Positions 17,542-29,720 of a stretch of 64,000 nt of DNA are shown here, in pieces (the stretch's first letter is position 1; each line of letters opens with the position of its first letter). The position numbers and the translations under genes are program-made. The stretch is from Nitrospinales bacterium (GTDB lineage Bacteria; Nitrospinota; Nitrospinia; Nitrospinales; JAJDAT01), in NCBI GenBank assembly GCA_046757665.1, contig JBHHYO010000002.1:43129-107128 (forward strand). Direction: 5' to 3'. Below the pieces are notes generated by a model, which saw only the letters and a list, made by a program, of their open reading frames with translations, did no database searches and had not been told where the DNA came from.

Positions 17542-19765
17542 ATGAAACCCGAGATCAAACCGCCCTACAGTTTGGAAACGGTGGAAGGAGTCGGCCTGAG
17601 CATCGACGAATACCAGCGCATCGAGGACCTGCTGGGCCGGGCGCCCAATTGGCCCGAGCTGGGCATCCTGGGCGTCATGTGGAGTGAACATTGCAGTTAC
17701 AAAAGTTCGAAGGTTCATTTGCAGACCCTGCCCACGGAAGGCCCGCGGGTGCTCCAGGGCCCCGGCGAGAATGCCGGCGCCGTCGATCTCGGCAACGGCA
17801 TGGCGGCCGTTTTCAAGATCGAGAGCCACAACCATCCGTCCTACGTCGAACCGCGTCAGGGAGCCGCCACGGGTGTCGGCGGCATCCTGCGCGATATCTT
17901 CACCATGGGAGCCCGGCCCGTGGCCCTGCTCGATTCCCTGCGCTTCGGCGACCCGGAACACGCCCGCACCCGGTATCTGCTCAAGGGCGTGGTCAAGGGC
18001 ATTGCCGATTATGGAAACTGCGTCGGCGTGCCCACCGTGGGCGGCGAAATCGGTTTCGACTTCTGTTATAACCAGAACATCCTGGTCAACGTGTTTTGCC
18101 TGGGCCTGGTAAAAAGCGACCGCATATTTTGCGCCAGCGCGGGAGGCCCCGGCAACACGGTGTTCTATGTCGGCTCCAAAACCGGAAGGGACGGCATTCA
18201 CGGCGCCAGCCTGCTGGCCTCCAGCGAGTTCGACGAAACCACGGAGGACAAACGGCCCACCGTTCAGGTCGGGGACCCGTTCACCGAAAAACTCCTCATC
18301 GAGGCCTGCATGGAACTGTTACAGCACGACTGGGTCGTCGGCATCCAGGATATGGGCGCGGCGGGGTTGACCTCCTCCTCATTTGAAATGGCCGGCCGCT
18401 CCGGCGCCGGCATTGAAATCGACCTCTCCCGCGTCCCCCTGCGGGAAGCAGGCATGACGCCCTACGAAATCCTCCTCTCGGAATCCCAGGAACGCATGTT
18501 GATCGTCGTCAAAAAAGGTTGCGAAGAGGACGTTAAAACCCTGTTCAAAAAATGGGAACTGGAAGCGGAAGTCATCGGCAAAGTCACCACCGGCGGCAAA
18601 ATGCAAATGCAATTCAACGGCGAAGTCGTCGTGAACCTGCCCATTTCCCTGGTCGTCGACGATGCGCCCGTTTACCATCGCGCCGCATCCGAACCGGCCC
18701 ATATCGGTGAATTGGACAGCTTGAATTTAAAAGTCCTGCCGGTCCCCGAAAGAGGCGAACCGGCATTGAGAAAAATCCTGTCCTCTTTCAACATCGCCAG
18801 CAAGGCCTGGGTGTATGAACAGTACGACCACATGGTGGGCCTCAACACCCTCGTACTGCCCGGCTCGGATGCGGCCGTGGTCCGCGTCAAGGAAACGCAA
18901 CAGGCCCTGGCCATTTCCGTTGACGGAAACAGCCGCTATTGCCATCTCAACCCCTTTAGCGGAGCGCAGATAGCGGTGGCCGAATGTTGCCGCAACATCG
19001 TCTGTTCCGGCGGACAGCCCATCGGCGTGACCAATTGCCTCAACTTCGGCTCTCCGGAGCGTCCGGAAACCATGTGGCATTTTGAACAATGCGTGAAGGG
19101 AATCGGCGAGGCCTGCCGATTGTTTGAAATTCCGGTGGTCAGCGGCAACGTCAGCTTATATAATGAAACGAAAGGAAAGCCCATTTACCCAACTCCCATC
19201 ATCGCCGTGGTGGGCTTGCTGGAGGACCAAAAACGCCACTGTACGCAATGGTTCAAGGAACCCGGTCACCTGATCGGCCTGCTGGGCCTGACCATGGAGG
19301 AGTTGGGCGGGACCGAGTACCTGGAATTGATGTTCGATTTATGCCAGGGACGCATTCCGCACCTCGACCTCAAATATGAAAACACGATTCAACAGGTTTG
19401 CCGGGACTTGATCCGCCAGAACCTCATCGCGTCCGCTCACGACTGTTCCGAGGGAGGACTGGCGACAGCGCTGGCGGAATCCTGCGTTTCCGGGCGGGAA
19501 CGGGTGCTGGGCGCGGATATCCGGCTGGATTCTACAATCCGGGCCGACGCCCTTTTGTTCGGGGAGTCCCAGTCGCGAATCGTTATCTCCTTTCCTCCAG
19601 AAAACAGGGATGCCATTGAGAAACTGACCCAAGCCAGGCAAGCCGATTTTACGGTCATCGGCAAGGTCGGCGGCAAGCATTTCACGGTCAGCCTCAACGA
19701 CCGGGAGTTTATCAAGGAAGACGTTCACACCTTAAAAAAAGTCTGGGCGGAGCCCCTGGAAAATT

Positions 19766-19785
<20 letters not shown>
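17542..19785 (+). CDS. purL: FGAM synthase subunit PurL
   Basis: [35 protein letters not shown] and LSESQERM. Confidence 0.98.
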
Positions 19786-21163
<1,378 letters not shown>

Positions 21164-21166
<3 letters not shown>

Positions 21167-21425
21167 CAGGTCGCTGAGAAAGTCAGGTTGAGGCGATTTC
21201 CTTCCCGGTGTGTCATCGCGAGCCGCCACCGGCGGCGCGGCGATCCAGCCGGGCCACGCCCGGTAGGAATGGGGCCTTTCTGGATTGCTTCGGCTACCGC
21301 CTCGCAATGACGATCAAGCAAGAAGACTTATGCAAATCTCTCCTTATTTAAAAGGCTTGCCACCCTTCGACAAGCTCAGGGCGACAACCCGATGCCTCTC
21401 AAAAGACTTTTTCAGCGCCCCGCTA
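21164..21425. mobile_element. Nested non-autonomous element: outer inverted repeats enclosing MITE copy 2 and a REP-like half
   Basis: Outer IRs TAACAGGTCGCTGAGAAAGTC (21164-21184) and GACTTTTTCAGCGCCCCGCTA (21405-21425) match at 17/21. Inside are the reverse MITE core (21212-21311) with end CTTATGCAAATCTCTC and CCCTTCGACAAGCTCAGGGCGAC. Confidence 0.7.
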
Positions 21426-21452
21426 TATGCTGATTTCCGACAAGCCGCGGGT

Positions 21453-22157
21453 TTATTCCTCGGGTTGTCGGCGTTCCTCCAGCTCCCGCAACTGGCGGCG
21501 CACTTCAAGATGCACGGTCAGGGTATTCGACATATCCTTCAAATCGTCCAGGGATTCGAGGCCGAACTGTCGCAAAAACTTCCGATACCGCGAATCGTGA
21601 ATCAGGTAATCCGGCAGGGGCTCGATGCTGGGGAATTTGGTGATTTCCCCGAGTTCTTCCTCGGAAAGAAATATTTTGTATTTTCTTCCCCTGATGATTT
21701 TTTTCTTTTTATGCTCCTGATCAGCCTCGTCTAATACTTTGGCCGTTTTCTGAATGGACCGCCCGACGGAGTCTCCGCCTCCCAGCAACCAGACGCGGCG
21801 CAACCGTCCCCGGTCCCAAAGCTCCACCTTATTAAAATCCTCCAACAACTTTTTCACCGCCGAGGTCCAATCGACCGCGGAAATTCGGGCGGTAATCGTT
21901 ATATCCCCCAGTTCATCCCGAACCGCGAAAAGAATGCCGCTGTCATTCTGGATGCGCCGCAAAACGTCCTTCAAGGAACGCTCCGTCACATCAATTGTAA
22001 CGCCTTTCTCGAAAGATCGGATTTCCAGGGCGCCGATGGGATCGGCGGCGGCGCGGGGGGGTGAAGCTGTCTCCGCAAAAACCGGCAAGCCCAAAAACGG
22101 CAACAGGAGTACCAGCGCCACCAGCCCGGCAAACCGGTTCTTCTCTTGAAACAACAT
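21453..22157 (-). CDS. Exported hypothetical protein with an STN/secretin-N0-like domain
   Basis: Signal peptide ending PVFA, then TIDVTERSLKDVLRRI...SGI.F.V and ITARI....W..AV..LL. Alternative start at 22190. Confidence 0.6.
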   Translation of the reverse strand: MLFQEKNRFAGLVALVLLLPFLGLPVFAETASPPRAAADPIGALEIRSFEKGVTIDVTERSLKDVLRRIQNDSGILFAVRDELGDITITARISAVDWTSAVKKLLEDFNKVELWDRGRLRRVWLLGGGDSVGRSIQKTAKVLDEADQEHKKKKIIRGRKYKIFLSEEELGEITKFPSIEPLPDYLIHDSRYRKFLRQFGLESLDDLKDMSNTLTVHLEVRRQLRELEERRQPEE

Positions 22158-22280
22158 TCCAGGCCCTTTCAAGACGGTTGAGGAGATCATTATAATCCTT
22201 TGATAAACAAGGGAGAGCCCGCTTACGGGTCAACCGATTATAATTCTCGGATCGGGGAAACTCAACGCTTTATTGGCAAA

Positions 22281-22450
22281 GAGAGTTTTGCATAACCCGA
22301 AATTTTTCGCCGACCCGGTGTCATCGCGAGCCGCCACCGGCGGCGTGGCGATCCAGCCGGGCCACGCCCGGTAGGCATGGGTCCTTTCTGGATTGCTTCG
22401 GCTACCGCCTCGCAATGACAATCAAACAAACGCCCTTATGCAAAGGTCTG
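22281..22450 (-). mobile_element. MITE-like repeat, copy 3 (full length, 170 bp)
   Basis: Imperfect TIRs GAGAGTTTTGCATAA / TTATGCAAAGGTCTG around the core at 22320-22419. Confidence 0.8.
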
Positions 22451-22468
22451 AACGGCAAAAAGGATGCC

Positions 22469-22497
22469 TTGACAAACCTCAATAAATTCATTAGGTT
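22469..22497 (+). promoter_or_regulatory. Sigma70-like promoter of the T2SS operon
   Basis: TTGACA-17 nt-TAGGTT, followed by AAGGA and the TTG start at 22511. Confidence 0.5.
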
Positions 22498-22510
22498 ATA
22501 AAGGAATACA

Positions 22511-23296
22511 TTGTTTTTTCGAGAGCCCGTGGACAAAAAATTATCCGTCCTGAATTTGTTTTTGATTTTCACTGCAGGAAGCCTTGTCGTCATGATCCTG
22601 AAAGTTTGGACGGACCCGGCGAGTCAATCCCGCATTGAAGGAACTCCGGTATCCGGCGCTCCAAAAAGTTTGCAGAAGTTTTCCACCAAGCGCAAGACGT
22701 ATCCCGCGTCCATCGTGTCCCGGATTACCGGGAAAAATCTTTTTCGCAAAGAGCGGGTTGAATTCAAAACGGAGCAACCGGTCGTTGTGGCGGCGGCATC
22801 CGCGCCGGCCCTGCCGCCTCCGGAAATAACCGTGAAAGGCATCTTGTTGCTGGAGGGGACCCGAATCGCCGTTCTGGAAGGCCATTATTCCGTGCATAAC
22901 GACGGAATGTCCATCGAGAAAAAAGCCATCAAAAAAAAGGGCTACCGTCCCGGGGATTATATCGGTGATTATCAGATAACAGCCATCGAGCAAAACACGG
23001 TTATTTTGAGCCATAAAAACGGAAACCAGCTGATCGTCAAACTGAAGAAGCGCGGTTCTCCCACGCCGATAGAGCGGGCCGGCAACCGGTTGTTCTACAA
23101 GCCGCCCAAACCCGGCGGCGCCCCAAAACCGGCGCCGGTTCCAACGCCCGCGGCGATACGGGCCCGGACGGCAGTGACACGGGCCAAGCCGCATATATCC
23201 GGCAATCCGCAACCGGCGGCGACGCCTCCTCCGGCGGCCATTTCCGGAGCACGGACCAAGCCGCGGCAAACCAAACCGCATATTTCAGGACGATAA
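22511..23296 (+). CDS. T2SS assembly protein, GspC/PilP-like HR domain with Pro-rich tail
   Basis: N-terminal TM, NLF...R, ITVKGILL...RIAVL and GD.I.DY.I..IE...V.L. First gene of the gsp operon. Confidence 0.65.
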   Translation: MFFREPVDKKLSVLNLFLIFTAGSLVVMILKVWTDPASQSRIEGTPVSGAPKSLQKFSTKRKTYPASIVSRITGKNLFRKERVEFKTEQPVVVAAASAPALPPPEITVKGILLLEGTRIAVLEGHYSVHNDGMSIEKKAIKKKGYRPGDYIGDYQITAIEQNTVILSHKNGNQLIVKLKKRGSPTPIERAGNRLFYKPPKPGGAPKPAPVPTPAAIRARTAVTRAKPHISGNPQPAATPPPAAISGARTKPRQTKPHISGR

Positions 23297-23309
23297 TTTA
23301 CTGTTTGTC

Positions 23310-25016
23310 ATGTTAAAAAAAATCGATCCAGTTGAAAAAATCCTTCTGACCCACAACAAGATTTCCCCGAAGGCCCTGGAGGAAGTTAAAACCAACGACT
23401 TTCAAAACGGCAAGTTTCTCGGGAAAACTCTGGTGGAGCACGGTTACATACACAGCAATACCCTGCTCGAGACCCTGGCGCAAGAGCTTGACAAGCCTTA
23501 CCTGAAACTGAAGGACTACCCGCGCGACAATCTGCCCGTTCCCGACCTGGAAATTTCCGCCGCCTTTATGAAAGAGAAAGTCGTCTTCCCTCTCAGCCTG
23601 GAAAATGACGTATTGACCCTGGCGGTTTTTAACCCGTTCGACTTCAACTCGATTGAGGATTTGCAAATCTCGCTGGGCCGGCCCATCCAGACCGCCCTCA
23701 GCAGTGAGGAAGACATTCTGGAGGCCATTGAAACCTTTTACGGCGAGGGCGGTTCGGCCTTGGACCGAATGATTGACGATATCGAGGAGGAGGAAGCCGA
23801 CAACCTGGCGCTGGATTCGGAAAGCGCCGAGCACATTCGCGACATGGCCTCCGAGGCGCCGGTGATCAAACTGGTGAACCATATCATCAGCCAGGCCATT
23901 GAGAGCGGAGCCAGCGACATCCACATCGAACCGTTTGCGGACGATCTCATTCTGCGTTATCGCATTGACGGCGTTTTGCACGACCTGGAAGCGCCGCCCA
24001 AAAAACTCTTCGCCGCCATCACGTCGCGGATCAAGATCATGGCGAAGCTGGACATTTCCGAGCGCCGGCTTCCCCAGGACGGCAGGATCAGGATCAAAAC
24101 GCTGGGCAAGGATATCGACATCCGCGTCTCCACCCTGCCGACGTTGTACGGTGAAAGCGTGGTCATGCGAATCCTGGATCGGGCGGGCGTGGTGGTCAAC
24201 CTCCAGCAGTTGGGATTTCCCGAAAAGGAACTGGCGGAATTTCAGGCGCTCATTCAAAAACCTTACGGCAAGCTTCTGGTCACCGGTCCCACCGGTAGCG
24301 GCAAAACCACCACCTTGTACGCCGCCCTGGAAAAGATCAACACCCCCGACAAAAAGATCATCACCATCGAAGACCCGGTGGAATACCAATTGCGCGGCGT
24401 CAATCAAATTCACGTCAAACCGCAAATCGGCTTGTCTTTCGCCGGCGGACTGCGGGCCATCGTGCGCCAAGACCCGGACGTAATCATGGTGGGCGAGATC
24501 CGCGACGCGGAAACGGCGGCAATCGCCATTCAAGCCGCGCTTACCGGACACATGGTTTTCAGTACGATCCATACCAACGACGCCGCCGGAGCCATCACCC
24601 GACTGCTGGACATGGGAATCGAAAATTTCCTGATCGCCTCCGCCGTGCTGGGGGTTTTGGCACAACGCCTCGTCCGCATCATCTGCCGCCACTGCAAGGA
24701 AGAAATCGAACTCGAATCCGCCTACGCCAGGGAAATGGGCGACATGGCGCCGGACAACTTGAAGGTCTTCCACGGCAAGGGGTGCGACCATTGCAGTCAT
24801 ACCGGGTACCGCGGACGCAAAGGCATCTATGAGCTTCTGATCATCGACGATGCCATCCACAACCTCATCCTCGCCAAAGCCAGCGCTCATGTGATCCGCG
24901 CCAAGGCACGGGAAAACGGTATGAGAGTTCTGCGCGAGGACGGCTGGAGAAAGGTGCTACAAGGAGAAACCACCGCCGAGGAAGTTCTCCGCGTTACCTT
25001 GAATAATGAGTTATAA
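23310..25016 (+). CDS. gspE: T2SS ATPase GspE
   Basis: ASDIHIEP, ERRLPQDG, GPTGSGKTTT, EDPVEY, RQDPDVIMVGEIRD, TGH and a tetra-Cys motif. Confidence 0.95.
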   Translation: MLKKIDPVEKILLTHNKISPKALEEVKTNDFQNGKFLGKTLVEHGYIHSNTLLETLAQELDKPYLKLKDYPRDNLPVPDLEISAAFMKEKVVFPLSLENDVLTLAVFNPFDFNSIEDLQISLGRPIQTALSSEEDILEAIETFYGEGGSALDRMIDDIEEEEADNLALDSESAEHIRDMASEAPVIKLVNHIISQAIESGASDIHIEPFADDLILRYRIDGVLHDLEAPPKKLFAAITSRIKIMAKLDISERRLPQDGRIRIKTLGKDIDIRVSTLPTLYGESVVMRILDRAGVVVNLQQLGFPEKELAEFQALIQKPYGKLLVTGPTGSGKTTTLYAALEKINTPDKKIITIEDPVEYQLRGVNQIHVKPQIGLSFAGGLRAIVRQDPDVIMVGEIRDAETAAIAIQAALTGHMVFSTIHTNDAAGAITRLLDMGIENFLIASAVLGVLAQRLVRIICRHCKEEIELESAYAREMGDMAPDNLKVFHGKGCDHCSHTGYRGRKGIYELLIIDDAIHNLILAKASAHVIRAKARENGMRVLREDGWRKVLQGETTAEEVLRVTLNNEL

Positions 25017-25073
25017 TAACAGTTTTATCCTTGCCAAAATGGAAAGTTCCCTCGTTACGCAACCGGACAAATC

Positions 25074-26300
25074 ATGACTGTTTATTTTTACCAGGCCACG
25101 GACCGGACCGGGAAGGTCATTGAAGGCAATATCGACGCGCCGGATTACCGCCTGGCGATTCAAAAGGTGCGCGGCCTGAATTATTTTCCCATTCAGGTTT
25201 CGGAACAAAAAATCAAAAACGGTTTTTCTCTTAACCTGGATTTTTCCGGTTTCCGGCTTTTCCCGAAAATCTCGCACAAGCAATTGCTGGCATTCACTCA
25301 GCAATTGGCCACGCTGGTATCTTCCGGCTTGACTCTGGACAAAAGCCTTTCCGTGCTGGTGAAACTGGCCGACGGGGAAGCCATCCGCTCCACCCTGACC
25401 GACATCCAAAAGCGGGTGCACTCGGGGAGCACTTTCGCCGATGCGTTGAACCGTTACCCGAACATATTTTCCAAGCTCTACCTCAACATGATCCGGGCGG
25501 GGGAAACCGGAGGCATTCTCGGCCCCGTTCTTTTGCGGCTGTCGGATTTTCTGGAAAGTAGCGAGGAGTTGAAAAACAATATTCGATCGGCGCTGGTGTA
25601 TCCTATTCTTTTGACGCTGGTGGGCGGAGCGGCAATCGTGGTGCTGATGACGGTGGTGATTCCAAAGTTTGCCGTTATTTTCTCCGACCTGGATCAAGGG
25701 CTCCCGCTTCCCACAATGCTCCTCCTTGCGACAAGCGACTTTATCGGAAAGTACTGGTGGGCGCTTATCCTGCTTCTTGTCGGAGGAATCGTTTCGTTGA
25801 GCCGGTACCTGAAAACGGAGGCGGGAAAACACCGCTGGGACAGCTTGCTGTTAAAGCTCCCCCTGTTCGGCGCTCTGGTTCAAAAAATCGAGGTCTCCCG
25901 GTTCAGCCGCACCATGGCCGCGCTGTTGAACAGCGGCGTGCCCATTCTGCAATCGCTCTCCGTCGTGCAGTCCATTCTGGGCAACAGCGTCATCGCGGCT
26001 TCCATGGACAGCCTCCATAAAGGCCTGAAGGGAGGCAAAGGAATTTCGACCCCGCTCCAGAAAGCCGACCTTTTCCCGCCGATGGCCGTTCACATGATCA
26101 CCGTCGGCGAAGAAACGGGGACCCTGGAAGAAATGTTAACCAAAATAGCCGACAATTACGATAAAGAGGTGGCGCGCGCCATCAAAAGCCTGATCTCACT
26201 CATCGAACCCCTCATGATCCTCATCATGGGCGCGGCAGTGGGTTTCATTGTAATTTCCATGTTGATGGCTGTTTTCAGCATCAACGACGTTCCACTTTGA
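25074..26300 (+). CDS. gspF: T2SS inner membrane platform protein GspF
   Basis: FTQQLATLVSSG, AGETGG, ALVYP, GEETG and IEP. Confidence 0.95.
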   Translation: MTVYFYQATDRTGKVIEGNIDAPDYRLAIQKVRGLNYFPIQVSEQKIKNGFSLNLDFSGFRLFPKISHKQLLAFTQQLATLVSSGLTLDKSLSVLVKLADGEAIRSTLTDIQKRVHSGSTFADALNRYPNIFSKLYLNMIRAGETGGILGPVLLRLSDFLESSEELKNNIRSALVYPILLTLVGGAAIVVLMTVVIPKFAVIFSDLDQGLPLPTMLLLATSDFIGKYWWALILLLVGGIVSLSRYLKTEAGKHRWDSLLLKLPLFGALVQKIEVSRFSRTMAALLNSGVPILQSLSVVQSILGNSVIAASMDSLHKGLKGGKGISTPLQKADLFPPMAVHMITVGEETGTLEEMLTKIADNYDKEVARAIKSLISLIEPLMILIMGAAVGFIVISMLMAVFSINDVPL

Positions 26301-26325
26301 TTAACCGGTTTTAAGGTCGGAGACC

Positions 26326-26745
26326 ATGAAACATCAAAAAATTCGGACAGGACTTGGGCGTTTGCAAGCCAACGGTTTTACCTTGATTGAACTGCTCGTG
26401 GTGATGGTGATCATCGGCTTGCTGGCTTCCCTTGTCGGGCCGAAATTATTCGGTCACGTGGACAAGGCCCGGCAAAAGGATGCCCAGGCGCAAATTGAAC
26501 TGCTGAGCCAGGCGCTGGACCTCTACCGCCTGGAAAACCACAAATTCCCCACCACCTCCGAAGGGCTGGAGGCTATCGAACCCTATCTCAAGAAAGAAAT
26601 CCCAAAGGACCCCTTTGGAAACGACTATGTTTATAAATCACCCGGCATCCACGGAGACTACGATTTATTGTCCTATGGAGCCGACAACGCCGAAGGAGGA
26701 GAGGGCAACGACAAGGACATCGTCAATTGGAAAAACCTTGAGTAA
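26326..26745 (+). CDS. gspG: Major pseudopilin GspG
   Basis: G|FTLIELLVV, ALDLYRLE, DPFGNDY.Y.SPG and SYGAD..EGG.G...DI.NW. Confidence 0.95.
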   Translation: MKHQKIRTGLGRLQANGFTLIELLVVMVIIGLLASLVGPKLFGHVDKARQKDAQAQIELLSQALDLYRLENHKFPTTSEGLEAIEPYLKKEIPKDPFGNDYVYKSPGIHGDYDLLSYGADNAEGGEGNDKDIVNWKNLE

Positions 26746-27229
26746 GTTTTTATTCCACGGTTTCGACAAACGCGCGTTTTCCCTGCTGGAACTTATTTTG
26801 GTTCTGTTTCTGGTCGGTTTGATGGCGGGCCTGACAACTCCTTTTTTAGTATCCACGCTCGAACGGATCAAGAGCCAATCCTCGGTGCGCGAACTTGCCA
26901 CATCCCTCCGTTACGCAAGAAGCCTGGCCATCACCCAGAAAACGCCGTTTGCTTTCAACATCAATATGGACAACAACAAGTATTGGCTGACGGACCTGGA
27001 AACGGAAGAACCCCGAATCGTCAGGGAATTGGACCCGGGAGTCCAGGTCATCCGTTTTTCGGATAAGGAAGAAACCATTGTCAGCGGCACATTTTTTATT
27101 ATTTTTTACCCGCAGGGAAACTCCAGCGGCGGTTCCATTTCCATTGAAAGCAAGGACCCATCCGGCAAATCATTTTTCATCACTTTGGATAGCGTAACGG
27201 GAAAACCCCATGTCGACCAAGAGACTTGA
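26738..27229 (+). CDS. gspH: Minor pseudopilin GspH/FimT-like
   Basis: A|FSLLELILV, LRYARS.A and FYPQG.SSGG. TTG start overlaps the end of gspG. Confidence 0.85.
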   Translation: MSKFLFHGFDKRAFSLLELILVLFLVGLMAGLTTPFLVSTLERIKSQSSVRELATSLRYARSLAITQKTPFAFNINMDNNKYWLTDLETEEPRIVRELDPGVQVIRFSDKEETIVSGTFFIIFYPQGNSSGGSISIESKDPSGKSFFITLDSVTGKPHVDQET

Positions 27230-27851
27230 TGAACAGGGATTCTCCTTGCTGGAGGTTATCGTCGCCCTGGCCATCATGGCCGTGGGCTTCGCCACCGTTC
27301 TGCAACTGTTTTCCGGGAGTATTCGCTCTATCGGCATGTCCCGGGACTATCTCAAGGGAATCACCCTGGCAAGCCACAAGATCAACGAACTGGAATTGGC
27401 GGATTTCGCCACGGAGGAATTTTCCGGGCGATTCAAGGACGAAGAAGATTACGGCTGGAATTTGAGCATCGAGCCCTACGAAACACCGTTGAACGACGAA
27501 GAGGCCAACATCCGGGTTTTGAAAATAAACGTGCAGGTTTTCTGGAACCAGTTTGGCAAGGAAAGGGATGTGACGCTGGCAACCCTCCGCACCCTCGGCA
27601 CCACTTATCCCTCCGCCGACACGACGCTGTTGGGATTGAACAAATCGGGTATTTACGGCAACGTCATCGGCGGGGCGGGCAAGGTATCCCTGTCCGGCGC
27701 GGACACGGAAAACCCGCCACCGCCGCCACCCGCGGAAAGCCCCAGCGCCAACATTTCCGGCCAGGCAACCGCTCCCGTGGAGATCAGCGGATTCCAGTTG
27801 AATATACCGCCGGTCGATATTTCCGGACTACGATCGGGGGGGAGGCCATGA
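27210..27851 (+). CDS. gspI: Minor pseudopilin GspI with long C-terminal extension
   Basis: G|FSLLEVIVALAI prepilin motif and position between gspH and gspJ. Pro-rich tail. Confidence 0.8.
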   Translation: MSTKRLDEQGFSLLEVIVALAIMAVGFATVLQLFSGSIRSIGMSRDYLKGITLASHKINELELADFATEEFSGRFKDEEDYGWNLSIEPYETPLNDEEANIRVLKINVQVFWNQFGKERDVTLATLRTLGTTYPSADTTLLGLNKSGIYGNVIGGAGKVSLSGADTENPPPPPPAESPSANISGQATAPVEISGFQLNIPPVDISGLRSGGRP

Positions 27852-28738
27852 AGAGACTTAAAAATCCGCACGGTTTTACTCTGCTGGAGTTGATTATATC
27901 CATAACCATGATCGCCGTTATCATCGGCATTGCCCTGGGAGGAATGCGGCTCGGCATCTCCACCAGGGAACTCGGAGAACAAAAAGCCGACACTTATCAG
28001 CGGCTCCGGTTCATTGGCGAGCAAATTTCCCAAAATATCAAATCGCTTCATCCTCTTTTCATCAAAGAGAAAACAGAAGAATTATTTTTTGAAGAACAGA
28101 AAAACAAACAGGAGCCGCCCAAGTATCTTGCTTTCGAAGGCTTGCCCGACTCCATCCGCATCATCACGTTTGCCAACACATTGTCGATGGTCAAAAATCC
28201 TCCATGGATCCACGAAGTCCGGTTTTACCTCGGCGCTCATCCGGAAACCCGCGAAACAGGCATTATTATGATGGAGCGGGACTTGGACAGCGAAGAAGCG
28301 TTTATGGAGGTTCAATCCGATTCGCCGGGCGTCCACTACATTATGCTGGCTAACGAAGTGAACCATCTGGGGTTTCGTTATCTCAAAATGACCCCCATCC
28401 CCCCCGAAGAACTTGAGCAACAGGAAGATCCCTCGATAAAGTACAAGACGGAATGGGTCGATACGATAATCATCGAACCGGATAAGGAGACCCAGAATCC
28501 GTTTTTTGTAAAAGACGAAAAAACCGACACACCCAAACCCGAAAACACGATCAGTTTGCCCCGGGCCATAGAGGTTTCTATCGGCCTGAAACAACCCGTC
28601 GTCTCGTCAAACGTCAGGGAACCCGAAATCGTTTATTTGCCGCCGATGCTGATTCCCTTGAACTCGGGGATCGAGTTCTCCCGGCCGCCGATTGAGGATG
28701 AGGAAGAAAAGAAAACAGACAAAAATGAAACGACTTAA
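27848..28738 (+). CDS. gspJ: Minor pseudopilin GspJ
   Basis: G|FTLLELIISI, F.G..D.I, LA..V..L.FRY, W.D and LPRAIEV. Confidence 0.82.
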   Translation: MKRLKNPHGFTLLELIISITMIAVIIGIALGGMRLGISTRELGEQKADTYQRLRFIGEQISQNIKSLHPLFIKEKTEELFFEEQKNKQEPPKYLAFEGLPDSIRIITFANTLSMVKNPPWIHEVRFYLGAHPETRETGIIMMERDLDSEEAFMEVQSDSPGVHYIMLANEVNHLGFRYLKMTPIPPEELEQQEDPSIKYKTEWVDTIIIEPDKETQNPFFVKDEKTDTPKPENTISLPRAIEVSIGLKQPVVSSNVREPEIVYLPPMLIPLNSGIEFSRPPIEDEEEKKTDKNETT

Positions 28739-29720
28739 AAAGAATCAAAAGGGAATCGCCCTCATGGTGGTATTATGGATTCTGGTCTTGCTGACCGGTC
28801 TGGCCACGGAATTCGCTTTTTCCATGCGAACCGAGGTCAACACCACCAGAAATTACAAAGAGGACGTCGAAAGCTATTTTCTCGCCAAGGCGGGAATCAA
28901 CCTGGCGTTCGCGGAGATTTTGCAAAATGCGCGATTTCATTCGATTCACAATGAACATGGGTTCATTTTCGGCAAACCCAAGATTTCGCCAAGCCCCCGG
29001 AACCAGGAAACCCAAAAATTCCAGGATGAGGAAAACACGGATTTCGATATCGTCAACCGCACCGAAATTCCCCTGGGCGCCGGAACGATTTCCTACAAGA
29101 TCACGGATGAAAACGGTAAAATCAATATCAACAAGGTTTCCAGGGAAACCCTGGTCAAGATTCTCGCCGCCTCCGGAATCGAGATTGGCGAAGAAAGAGA
29201 TGTTATCGCCGATTCCATACTGGACTGGATCGACAAGGACAGCGACCATAAGCTCAACGGGGCGGAAAACGACTATTACCAGAACCTGACCCCCCCTTAT
29301 TCCGCCAAGAACGATTTTTTCGACAGTCTGAGCGAGCTTCTCAAAGTGCGTGGCATAACGGAAGAAATCCTTTATGGCACGCCGGAAGATGAAATCGGTG
29401 ACGGCTCCCGTCAAACTTACCTGGGGCTCGACAAATTTTTCACCGCACAAAACGTGTTGTCGTTCAACCCCAATACCGCCGACCCGGCTATTCTCCCCGT
29501 TTATTTCGATGAGGTCAAAGTCGAGGATATTCTGGCGCAAAGGGCAGAAAAAGGTTTTTACAACGACTCCCTGTCAAGCCATTTCAAAATCGAATGCACG
29601 GGGAAAATCAATGGCAGTCGGACAAGACATACCATTATTGCCATCGTCCAGAAATTCGGCAACTCGGAGCAATCCAAATTGTTAATACGCTATTGGAACG
29701 ACAACGCGGTGGAGTCATGA
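28725..29720 (+). CDS. gspK: Minor pseudopilin GspK
   Basis: G|IALMVVLW, DENGKININ, I.DWID.D, GAE..YY, ELLKVRGI and NPNTA. Confidence 0.92.
   Translation: MKRLKKNQKGIALMVVLWILVLLTGLATEFAFSMRTEVNTTRNYKEDVESYFLAKAGINLAFAEILQNARFHSIHNEHGFIFGKPKISPSPRNQETQKFQDEENTDFDIVNRTEIPLGAGTISYKITDENGKININKVSRETLVKILAASGIEIGEERDVIADSILDWIDKDSDHKLNGAENDYYQNLTPPYSAKNDFFDSLSELLKVRGITEEILYGTPEDEIGDGSRQTYLGLDKFFTAQNVLSFNPNTADPAILPVYFDEVKVEDILAQRAEKGFYNDSLSSHFKIECTGKINGSRTRHTIIAIVQKFGNSEQSKLLIRYWNDNAVES

Noticed and set aside
26326-26745. GspG appears to lack part of the variable loop
   Set aside because: All conserved GspG motifs are intact and length variation there is ordinary.
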